A DNA stretch of 64,000 nt from Octopus sinensis. Lineage: Eukaryota. Every line of letters begins with the position of its first letter. The stretch's first letter is position 1. The DNA lies in the NCBI RefSeq assembly GCF_006345805.1, contig NW_021833274.1, forward strand, positions 99,052 through 163,051, in the 5' to 3' direction. Positions 25,599 through 36,468 of this stretch are shown here, piece by piece. Both the position numbers and the translations under genes were made by a program. The notes below the pieces were generated by a model. The model was not told the origin of the DNA. It saw only the letters and a program-made list of their open reading frames with translations, and searched no databases.

Positions 25599-26368
25599 TT
25601 ATTTATTTTTATGAACAAACAAGAAAAAAACACAACCAATCTAGGAAAATATATACATAAATACTTGAAAGGAAGACCCATGGACCAATTTCACAGCCGC
25701 TTCATTTTCAACAACCTGCCTGTCCTTTGAAAATAAAATTCTGCACTTGCATTCAATCTTAAAATAGAAAAGTCCAATAAATACTGAACAATCTGCTTTT
25801 TGGGGAGAATATCTCTTAGAATATTCGCCGATATCGTCCATAGCAGAACAAGCCTCCTCAATTTCCTTATTTTCATCCCAAACAGGGCAAACTAGCCCGT
25901 CTACGACAGTCGAGAATGCACTGTAATTCAACAGTTGATAATTCTTTCCGCCCTATTTTTATTCAAAATAGTTCAACCGTGTCAATAACGCACGCGTGAT
26001 ATTCAGAAATGCACTTGCATGCTGATTTAGCAAGAGAAACATCACAAAAAGTGCCTAAAAAACAGATAATGGACTACCTCGACCAATAGATGTGATATGT
26101 CCTAGTCTGTGCTTTACTCTCCGCCCTCCAGGATGTAATTCCACCAAATATGGTGATTTCAATTCGTCTAGAATAAAAAAAACGTTTCTACTCGGTTCTG
26201 ATGAATGATTTATGCTCTGATACATGCTGGAAAAAATATGAATATGACTTTCGTCCAGTTGGTTTGCTAAAATAAATCAAAATATATACAATAATCCTCA
26301 TTTCTTTTTATAACTCGTTCATTATCTTGTGGGGGGGTTTTGGATATGGTTGTCTTGTTAATATACAT
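25599..26368 (-). CDS. PHF12-like FHA-domain protein (FHA region only; five micro-introns)
   Basis: Removing introns 26267-26289, 26055-26077, 25953-25977, 25758-25784 and 25641-25664 gives ...SIGRGTFCDVSLAKSACKCISEYHACVIDTGGKNYQLLNYSAFSTVVDG...CKC...LVHGSSFQIGCVFFLFVHKNK-stop. This matches the PHF12 C-terminal FHA pattern as I recall it (HAC...YELLNYS..GTTVD; HHGSYIKLGCLQFVF). The ATG at 26368 is provisional. Confidence 0.7.
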
Positions 26369-26655
26369 GACTTTAACTAACGAAAATTCAACACCTATTT
26401 TGTTCATTTTATTAATATTATTTTGATTAAAAAAATATTAATATATATTTAAATTTTATAGGTAAATTTTTATTTTCCGGAAGCTCTGCGGACGGTAATT
26501 GTAATATAAATCCAAGACTGATCGTAATTAAGATTATTGTTCATTAGAATCAGAATCAATTATATTTAAATTTAATTAATAATTTAAATTAATAAAAATT
26601 TTTTTGGTGAATTAATATTATACATTACCGGTCTTTTTTTGTTGGTGTTGTTTTT

Positions 26656-26940
26656 ATGGTTGGGTACGTGGAGATACGCAGCGTGGAAAATCCCAAAGTA
26701 CGTAATTTACTAATAAATTTATAATTAAGAATAAAGACAGTCGTTCTTCTGTAAAATCTTTCCATAAATACAACCAAAGAATAAAAACTCATTTTATTAG
26801 ATTGAAAAATTATTTTGTATCTTTTTTTTACTATTCAGAAACGCTTTACACTTCACAAAGTCCCACAGAACAATCCTCACGTAGAAGGCCTAAACCGCAC
26901 AGACGCCTCAGCCATATCCCTCCTTTCTTATGTGCTTTAA
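26656..26940 (+). CDS. Candidate micro-gene (about 76 aa, 3 exons), divergent from the FHA gene
   Basis: ATG 26656, with two phase-0 GT-AG introns (26698-26729 and 26817-26838) joining three exons in frame to TAA 26940. An alternative model adds an upstream hydrophobic segment (ITGLFLLVLFLWLG). No homology recognised. Confidence 0.35.
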
Positions 26941-27305
26941 CTTTTTATTAAATTTCGTTTTTCCCTTATTAATTAATTATTTTTATTCTTTTTGGTCAAT
27001 TCATTGTTTAGAATTGATTTCTGTAGGATTTTTATTTTAAACAGCTTTTGTTTTTCTGACAATTCTAATAAAACATTCTTTTTATTGTAGAGTAATTTCT
27101 TTAAGTGTAATTAAAAAAATCTTTTTGAAGGGCTTAGATTTTTACCTCTGATTTTATATTTTTTGTACGTAGATGACAAATTATCCACTAAAATTCCTGA
27201 CAGTTTTTCTTATTAATGCTTGGCAAATTTTTTACGAACGAAAGCTCAGTTTGTAACTTAGTCTGAATTGTGGCGATTCTTCAAATTTTTTATTACAAGC
27301 AGAAG

Positions 27306-27386
27306 GAGAAATGGCTTTTCCAACGCATATCAATAGCCATCTTGCGTGGGAATTGCCATTCCATCTTATCCTCTGCTGCTAATTAA
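27306..27386 (+). mobile_element. CRE-like 3' tip
   Basis: Encodes EKWLFQRISIAILRGNCHSILSSAAN-stop. Confidence 0.7.
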
Positions 27387-28149
27387 ATACTAAATTTAAA
27401 ACCTAATTTCAAATATTATTTGCAAAAAAATTTTTTTTTAGATATTTATTTAAATGTACCATAGTCACTTAAATAAATTGTTAAAAATTGTAGAAATTTT
27501 TTTATAGAAAATAGGATATTTATTATTTCTCTTACTCGGTAAATGTTCTTGGTCGCCAATTTTGATTTGGTCTAAAAATGGTGAGCAATAGAAGAAAAAC
27601 TGGTTTTCCCAGATTTAACGTCGAAAGTGCAAGCATTTTAGTTAACCCTTCAGACTACAATGTTTAGGAATATTTTCCTAAATATGGAGAAATTCCTGCT
27701 TTTATTCGTAAACATTTTTCAAATCAATTTTATAGAGTTATGTTTTCAATGAGCCCATAAATGCTCAGTTGGATTTAGATCAGGTGACTGGGATGGCCAG
27801 TCTAATATTTTTATATTTTTTAATCAAAATAATTCAAGACACGGTGCTTTATAAAACGGCAATCAAATTTCATTTTTGCAACTGATCTCGGAAGCCTGTT
27901 GACTAAAAGGTTTAAATATTTTGTAGAATTTAATGTTCCGTCAACAAAAACTAATTCTCCAACATTGTTAAAAAAAACATTTCCTTATCATGTAAATGTC
28001 TCAATCCTCGATAAGTCAAATACTTTGTGAATGGAGAAAATCCAAAGATATTGAAAGGAAACCTCGTGGTGGAGATTATTCTTCCAAACTTAATGATTAC
28101 ACAAGCAATACCTTTTTGCTTTGTTCGATGATAATCCATTATTGACAGT

Positions 28150-28620
28150 ATCAATGTTAAAAGACACGCTGTTTTCTGAATATCAGATAAATATCAGTAC
28201 GAATACTATTAACAGATGTCTTAAAGACTTTCATTAAAGAATGAAACAAATTGTAAAAATACTAGCGAGAAGAAATATTGATACTACTAATGACTGAGAA
28301 AAAATATGCAGGTAAATTTCGACTTTCACAAATTGAAGATGAAAGTATCGTTTTCTCTATTAAGTAGGATTTTCAGTTTGTAGGCATGCGAAAAAGGAGA
28401 TCAACGCCGAGAAACTCGCCCTATTTGACGGTGCCTCTAGTAAAAAGCAGAAAATTGTCTTTTTCCGCAACAATGAACTAATATGGAATCATTTTCCATG
28501 AAATGTTCATTTTTTGAATGGAGAAACTTAAAGAATGTCTGAAAAACTCAAAGAAACTTTCATTAAAAATTATGATATTTCAAATCAAAATTATTTACTT
28601 AATTTAGAAAAAATTTCTCG
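28150..28620 (+). mobile_element. Highly degenerate IS630/Tc1-mariner-like transposase remnant
   Basis: ISTNTINRCL and VGMRKRRSTPRNSPYLTVPLVKSRKLSFSATMN*YGIIFHE resemble the region after the first catalytic Asp of DDE_3 transposases. Many stops. Confidence 0.4.
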
Positions 28621-28771
28621 ACTTAAAAAGTATAAATTAAAAATTTGAAAAAAAACTTAAAAAGCGTCTCACCTGTTCTAACGATCAAAGTCAGAATAAC
28701 TACCCTTCAATCAATCAATACAAAATGATTTAAACCTGTTTAATTGAAAGTAGACTGACAAGCACTTAGAG

Positions 28772-30205
28772 CAGAGGTTTCCAAGCTTTTTTTTACGCGC
28801 CTCCCTTAGAGAAAAAGTACAATCTTGCGCCTCCCTTTATATTCCATAATATAATACAATTATTATTTTATCAAAAACAATTTTTTAAAACAAAAAGTTA
28901 ATGAGATAATTTTTTTTCCATCTTGGCGCAAAGTTTTTCAAATCTTGGTGTCATCGCAGAGAGTGCTACTCTTAGCTCATTAGTCACTACTAAACGAGTT
29001 CGATATTTAGATTTAATTGCAGCTAGTGCAGAAAATCCAGTTTCGCATAAATATGAAGTAGCAAATGGCAACAAAACTTTCATTGCTTTATTCGACAAAA
29101 TTTCATATTCCGTTCTTACATTCAACCAAAAAGAAATTAGCGGTTCTCTCTCAAATTTTTGTTTCAATAATGTATCGCATGACAATTCTATCAATTTTTC
29201 TTTTTCAAAAGTTGTCAATGCAAATTGATTATCTTCTTCATCAATAAATGGATTCTGTATCCATTCGAACATTTTACAGTCGAGATCTTTAAAATAGTGA
29301 GCAAAATGCTTCAACAAACAATCCAAATGTTCAGCAAATATGTCTTTGTTTGCTTCAATGTTCACTATGGCGCAAAAGGTGTTTAAAAGTGGAAACATGT
29401 CATAGATATTTTTTTGTATATTTGATTTCCATAATACCAATTTTTTCATCAGATATGTCATCAATTCTTCTAGCGACTGTGTTATCAGCAAGCGGTATTT
29501 GCTGTAATTGTTTTGCATAGGATTCGCCAAACATTGCTTCAACCATATCGATAGCTGCTGGCAAAACTAGAGTTTCTCCGATATTGTGCGGTTTCTTGCA
29601 TTTTGCAATCCTGTAAGAAACTTTGTACGATGCTAGTAAAGCATTTGAAGAGACAGAAACAAGTTTTTTTAACGATTTCGTTTGGTTATCAAACTCTTCT
29701 AATTTTCTTTTAAAAAATTCTTCAGACTTATGGACATGTTCAGAATGCATCGTTTCAAAATGTCTTCTTAATTTGCATGGCCTCATACTATCTGCTGCAA
29801 GTGTTTTGAGGCAAAGCAAACAGAGGGGTTTTTCATAGAATCAACAAAGATACGTGTGAATCCTAACAAAGTAAGATGGAAAGTTTTTCTTGTCTTTGGA
29901 GTGGTATTGATTATATTCCAATCATTTTGATTTTTTGAACCATCGTCAAAATCTTTATTATTCGTGAATTTTCTTTTGCAACCACTCAAGAATTTATTCA
30001 TGTGTTAAAATTATTTAATTGTCTAAAAATTAAATAAATTTTTGAAAAATATAATTTTTAAATTATAACTCTTATTATCGGAATATAGTCACGTTTTTTA
30101 CATAGATATAATTTTCTAAAAAATGTTTCTGATACTTCTTTCGCGCCTCCCTTGACACGAGTCAACGCCTCCAGGGAGGCGCGCCTCCCCATTTGGAAAC
30201 CTCTG
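28772..30205 (-). mobile_element. hAT (Buster/Charlie, ZBED5-like) internal-deletion derivative
   Basis: TIR cagaggtttccaa; 8-bp TSD acttagag (28764-28771 / 30206-30213). BED finger CLLCLKTLAADSMRPCKLRRHFETMH and dimerisation motif LLPFATSYLCETGFSAL; the catalytic middle is deleted near 29445. Confidence 0.92.
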
Positions 30206-30475
30206 ACTTAGAGGATGTTATTTCACGAATTTTGGAAAACAATCAATTATTCAATCGAGAAGGATAAATTATTATTGGATTGAATTGAAACTGAGGAAAT
30301 TGGAATGATTGACATACTAAATAAACTCGAATATAATATGTACACAAAATGTCTCGAAAATCTACAAATCTACTATGAATTTAGAATGAAATTAATCCAA
30401 CAGTTTAGGATAAAGAAAATTATAAGAATAATTACTGCCTATTTTAATCATTTATAATTCAATTTTCTCTCCTGA

Positions 30476-30555
30476 CTTTTCCAGCGGTTCTCGATTGCCG
30501 TTTTCAGGGGGAACAGTCTGGTAATTCGTCAGGACGCTGGCCCTCTCTCGGCTAA
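30476..30555 (+). mobile_element. CRE-like 3' tip
   Basis: Encodes LFQRFSIAVFRGNSLVIRQ in an isolated GC-rich patch. Confidence 0.6.
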
Positions 30556-30859
30556 AAAATACAAATAACTGTTTTCCAATTTTTAATAAATAATTCAATT
30601 TTAATACAAACTTAAAGTTTTTATACACAATTATAACAAATTAACTAAAGTCATTCCGAATACAGTAATATCTATCGAATCCGCCGATTTTTGGACCAAA
30701 CAAATAATCTCGTAAAAAATTTTTAAATAATAAAAATTCACGAATTTTTAATATTTGTTTTTAAATGGTAAACCTAAAAAATGTATAATGTAATAAAATA
30801 CGTTATTGATTCGGAAAAATTGGTTTGGTTAAAATATAAGCAACGTTTGTTATCACGTG

Positions 30860-31730
30860 ATGGTACTGGCTTATTTCATATTTAGACTCGAATTAAAAAA
30901 ACTAAGAGATTTGAAAACAAAAAACGTCTAATTAATTCAAACGACAGCAGAATGTATAATTAAACTTATATTTTCATAGAAAAAAAGAAAATCGTCCTCC
31001 CGTCAAACCCAAGCCTAAGCCAGACGAAGGCCACCGAATCACCGTGAAACACATGTTGTGCTTATTCTTCAATATTTCAGAAACAAAATATCAACCTCCA
31101 TGTTCCTGAGCTACAACACTCAGCTTGGTCCTCCCTATCATGTTATTCTCGACACAAACTTTATAAACATATCTATTCGTAACAAATTGGACATTGTTGA
31201 GAATCTGATGACATGTCTTACTGCCAAATGTAAGTTCCCGCCATTTATTGATTATAGGCACGGCATATATCACTGATTGTGTGATCGGAGAGTTGGAAAA
31301 ACTCGGAAAGAAGTTCAGAGTAGCATTAAAGTGTTTTTTGTGTATATTTTGGTAGGATTGTGAAGGAAAGCAATTTTCGTCGATTAAATTGTATTTATAA
31401 GGGGACGTATAGCGACGACTGCATTGTCAAACGCATCACCGAGGTTCCCAGTGGGTCGATTTATTTTTAAGCACAAATGCTACATTGTGGCCACTTGTGA
31501 CCGAGATTTGAAAAGGAGGATCAGGAAAGTACCGGGAGTCCCCATTTTGTATATATCCAATCACAAGTTGACTTTTTTGTAGATTGTAGGTATTATGTCG
31601 AACGGATGCCTGATGAGTGTACGTTAAGAAAGTCTTGATTTTGTTTTAAGATGAAGCCGTCCGTATCGGCTTGTGTTTGCTATTGGAATTGGACATATGC
31701 CAACCGAACATTGTCGGTGTGGTTCGTTGA
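30860..31730 (+). CDS. FCF1: rRNA-processing PIN nuclease FCF1/UTP24, 8-9 exons
   Basis: Introns 30863-30885, 30954-30979, 31055-31080, 31230-31257, 31331-31355, 31444-31471, 31567-31589 and probably 31619-31650. Spliced product: [10 protein letters not shown]...[27 protein letters not shown]...[14 protein letters not shown]...[10 protein letters not shown]...[24 protein letters not shown]...YYVERMPDE. Alternative stop at 31638 if the last intron is not used. Confidence 0.93.
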
Positions 31731-32039
31731 TCTCAAAAACTGGTTTTGAATAATAAAATAAATAAAATAAAAATTCAATCAAAAAATTGAATAAATTGAC
31801 TTAATTCTATTGTCACGTTATTTTTAATTAATTAGGTTATTTTAAGGGGGTATTATCCAACACGTGACAACAATTAATTAATTTTTTATTGATTAGGACC
31901 TCGAATTAAAAAAATTGTTTTGATTTGCAAAAAAACGTTAATACTTGCATATATTGGCTTTGAAACTTAATGTTTAAAGTTTTTTTATTTAAAAATAGGT
32001 TTTAAATGCCCAAATCAAACTTAAATAGAATTATCTATT

Positions 32040-32440
32040 CGTGCTTGTCTAGTTTGCCGGGGGAGAGCCTAACGCGATCGAGAAAGGGTCAGAGCGTACT
32101 GTTGCAAGGAATATTTGCTCAAAATGATTAGAGTTGCAAAACTAATTCTTGCCTTTTTGACGATACAATGACAATTGATTTATTTTACTAGTTAGGAAGA
32201 CAGGAAAAACTAGTCATTATCGACGACGGGAAATTTTTACAAAGAATGAGGCACCGGAGTGTCTCTACTGAGCAGCATATTTCCCTGATAGACATTTTAG
32301 ATTTCTGACGTCCACTACAAAAACAACCGCGTCTTCTCCAGGACGGACTGTATTTTGGGGACCCAGGATTCATAAGAGTTATTTAATTTGTCACATGCAC
32401 AACGCGCCCTACGCCCTGAACGCACATTATTGATTCGCTA
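32040..32440 (+). mobile_element. LINE 3' remnant sharing its terminal ~47 bp with the LINE at 33.1 kb
   Basis: 32389-32435 is a near-perfect reverse complement of 33062-33108; upstream DNA is GC-richer and degenerate coding-like. Confidence 0.45.
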
Positions 32441-32675
32441 ATAAATATACCGATTCAAAAGGCCAATTAAAATAAAGGGAAACGTTCCGAATTAATGATT
32501 GAACTTTAAATTTTTGAAAAAATGATGTTTTGTATTTGAACCATGTTTGCTTTAAAATAGTAAAATTATTTACAACATTAGCAAATTATAATGTGAATTA
32601 TTTTTATTTTTGATATTATAAATTGCAACATTAGCAAATTATAATTTACATCAGATTTTTTGGCAAGTTTGTAAC

Positions 32676-32834
32676 AACCTTAACTCTAACCTTAACTTTA
32701 ACTATAAATGATTTCAAAGTTATTTATAAACATATTCATCATAAAAAAGACACTAAAGAAAACAGACCCTTACCCTAATCCCTGACCCTAAAACTGACGC
32801 TAACCCTGACCCTAACCCCTAACCCTGACCCTAA
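32676..32834 (+). repeat. Interstitial degenerate telomere-like repeats (CCCTAA/CCCTGA)n
   Basis: 32767-32834 contains about 10 hexamers of the ccctaa/ccctga type; a weaker aacctt/aactct array lies at 32676-32703. Confidence 0.65.
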
Positions 32835-33061
32835 TCAACCTGGGCTCGTATTCAACCGGTCACATTTCTTATATAACTTCTTTTGTTTTGGAAAACCAAA
32901 CGTGGACAATCCATAGTATATAGCGTGCGTAATATTTAATTAAAATTTGATGAAAAAAAAATATTAACAAATTAATAAATATATTATAATATTTTTAAAG
33001 TGCCATTTGTGTCATTATATTCAATTATTTCGAAAAAATTTATAAAAATTACAATATGACT

Positions 33062-35900
33062 AATCTATAATGTGCGCTCAGGGCGTAGTGCGCGTTGTGC
33101 ATGCGACATAATTTTTCTTTGAGATCGAGACTGTAGGACAACTTAATGGCGTAACGCCTCGTTTTCTGGAGTTTGTTGATTCTACAAACCATCTCATCTG
33201 TGTCATACCAGCCCTCAAACCCGTAGGTGAGAATCGGTTGTACACATGTCTTGTATTGGCATCTATTGTAACCCCAAGGTATTGAAAGTTCTGCGAAAGT
33301 TTTAAGTCTCCAACTCCAAAGACACGAGCAGTTTTGCTCCTCTGCTTCGACAGCCTACACACTGTGCTTTTGTCACGGGCCAGCGTTAGACCCTTTGCAC
33401 GAGTCCATTCCATTATCCTTGCAAGGTATGGTTCGAGCCTTCGCCATGACAGATCACTCCGCCTCGAGACATCGGTCACGAGAATGTCGTCCGTGTATAC
33501 AATGAGATTACTCGATCGACCCGTAGGTAACGGGATGTCAGCAAGAAAAAGATTGAATAACAACGGGCTCAGTATAGAACACTGAGGGACACCTCTTTTG
33601 AGATTCACACAGTCCGATAGTCAATTTCCGCACCGTACATAAGATTTCCTCTCGTTGAGATAACTCTTTAGCCATTTGAATGTTTTTTTACCTGCACCAG
33701 TTTCCAAAACTTTTTCCAGAAGTCCAAGGTGCCAGACGCAGTCAAAATCCTTAGATAAATCCAAGCAGACAGCTTTCATGCAAGATTTATTGCCTATTGC
33801 CCAAGAAAGTTCCCTTTCTAGTTCTTTCAGGCAGTTTCCCGTGGATTTGCCAGGACGAAAACCCTATTGGAAAGCAGATTATTCTTTTTAACATTTAATG
33901 AGAGTCTTTCAAAAATTATTTTCTCCATAATCTTCAAAAAAGCGCAGATCAGGCTTATAGGCCTGTAGTTTTCTGCTAGGAGACTTATTTTCCCGGGTTT
34001 CGAGATCATACAAACGACTGTGCACTTCCAGGTGGGCGGAAGATAACCAAGGGTAAAACTAGTGTCTAAAAACATAGTCAGAGCCTTGTTTTTCAGCCCT
34101 GCTATCGCTTCTTGTGTCTATTTTTCGGTAATAGCCTCGCATAGAGGTCCATTCACAAGATTTAGAGATTCTAGCTTTGAAGTGACTTTCTCAAAGGTCT
34201 TTTGTGGAATAATTGATTTAGGTTCGACTTCCTGGGTTTTTCCCAGCAGCCTTCTTAGTTCATCCGGGACAAGATCGGAGGGGATATACTTTCCATCTTG
34301 CCCCTTTAATACAATATCGTCGCCTTTTCCTTCCGTGTTGTTCAGGCGCTGATACGCCTTCCAAAACTTCGGATTTCTCTTATCCAGCATTCGCCATTCC
34401 TTCCTCCATGATTTTTCTATTTTCTTCTTGCCAATTTCTACTATCATCGTCTTGAGATTGTCGATTTCAATTTTTAACTGATTTCTGACCTTCTTCGTTA
34501 TAAGCATCGACAGTTTGTTGTCTGTTTGGCGGCAACAAGGTCCCGATGCTCTCAATACTCTCTTTTCCGTAAATTTTTCGAGAAATTCGACAATTGATAA
34601 CCTTAGATAGGCATCGAGGTCGTCGATATCCTCCATGGTCCGAAGAGGACGGAGCACGGTAGTATTAAGTGCCAAGCGCATAGAGTACTCAAATAGATGC
34701 CAATCCACATTCGACAGATTATATCCAATAAACACGTCCTCTTTCAGATTTATTTTCGTCCTTAGTCTCAATGATTGCGGGATGTGATCGCTTCCTACAT
34801 CCAGCTCGATTGTCGGACGATCACAGAGTGGAGTAATAGACGCCGAGGAGAGAAAAATTCCAAGGCGATCCGGTCTGGAGAGAAAAAGTGGTTTAGCTCT
34901 TCGGACGTCCATATCGAAAAATTGAGATTTTGAGACAAACTCTCAAGTACCTCTCCGTCCGTATTGGTTGCTTCACACCCATAGACAATATTTTTTGCGT
35001 TCAGATCACCGGCTAGGATAGCTAGATCGCTCTCTTTAAAGAATGTTCTTCTAAAAGCCTTTGAATACATCCCTCCGACAGTAACCCAGCCAACGGCTGT
35101 AAGCAGTTCGAACGATATAAGTTCACAGGACTTCAATAATCTTTCCGTTTTTGACTCTCATACTTCCATTATAGAAGACAGAGATTCCTGCTATTGCGTC
35201 AGTTTTTCATGGGATATTAAGGGATTTGTAGCCTTCAAATTCAATTTTATTTGATCCCTTCAGCTTCGTCTCGTTGACAATCAATACGTCAGTTTTCGCT
35301 GAAGCTAACATAAACCTCAGCTCCGTTACCCGTCTCGTGAGTGAGCGGGCATTTAAAATTGTTAGAATGAGGCATCCTTCCGACATGGGTGGCTGACCTC
35401 CCGTGGGAGCGCCACCTTTTTCGGTAAAGAGGGCCTGCTTGCTTTCCGTTTGCTACCCAGCATGCGTAGCAGATGCCGGATCAAGAAACTTCTCAGACCA
35501 AGGGGCCTTCATGGTAGACATTTGCCTTGCATCTACACCATTTCCCTTAGTGTGAGTCATTTTCAGTTTCTTCTTTATCGATTGCTTCGCCACCGGACAG
35601 CCCAGCTAGTTTGCTTGGTGTTCATGTGATCCGCAGTTGATGCACGGGAGTTTGACGTGTGTTTCAATCGTACATTGGGTGCGATCGTGAGCCTTACCGC
35701 ACAACAAACATCCCACTGCCTCCTTACAGTATAACGAGATGTGTCCAAATTTTTAACATCGATAGCATTGCCTCTCAGGCTTTTTGTACCAATTTTGAGA
35801 CCTAGGGTGATCAACGACTGTGCTTCGTTTCTGTCCTGGATAGTAAGCTTGGCGAGAGGCAGATATTTCCTATTATGTCACCGTCCATACCGGTTGGGGC
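33062..35900 (-). mobile_element. Jockey/I-group LINE relic (gag ORF1 with three CCHC knuckles + APE-RT ORF2)
   Basis: ORF1: QCYRC*KFGHISLYC, CLLCGKAH...C, CINCGSHEH...C. APE: ILAGDLNAK and DVGSDHIP. RT: NYRPISLI, GVPQCSILSPLLFNLF, VYTDD, FQYLGV. Multiple stops and frameshifts. Confidence 0.88.
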
Positions 35901-36468
35901 GCCAGATTGGCCACGTTCAAAATTTGTAATAAAAATTACCTTTCTGAGGTTATTTTCTTTTTTCTGTTCATTACTTTTTTGATTTTAATATTTTTTCCGC
36001 CGAAATTTTGAAGTTACTGATTTGATTTATTTTAACTCTTTTTAATAAAAAAAAGTATAAAAAATTGTTAAAAATGTTTTAATCTTCTATTTTTATCATT
36101 AAAACTCTAAAATACAAACCGTCTTGCGGCTGGATGATTCAATGCGAATATTTTCCCCTATGCGCTTTTCGGCCGCGGACCATTTATAACAATGGCACAA
36201 TTATTTCATAATTAAGTAAATATGGCACAAGATTCCGCGGATCTCCTTACCTGATTTGGTAAGAGCACATTCTACCATAGCAAATTTTGAAAAGAAATCC
36301 AATAAAACAAGAATCTATTATTTAGATTACTAAATCATCCAGGAATAACTATCATTTCGGGTCGAATAGCAAAACCGTGTTGGAAGCACAGCGAGATATA
36401 CTCGGCACTCCGTAGGGTTACTCATCAAAGATGTTTTGAAGAATCCAACCTATTTCGAGGGTTTTTGA

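Noticed and set aside
36240-36300. U1 snRNA (ccttacctg resembles its 5' end)
   Set aside because: The downstream sequence shows no U1 stem-loops or Sm site.
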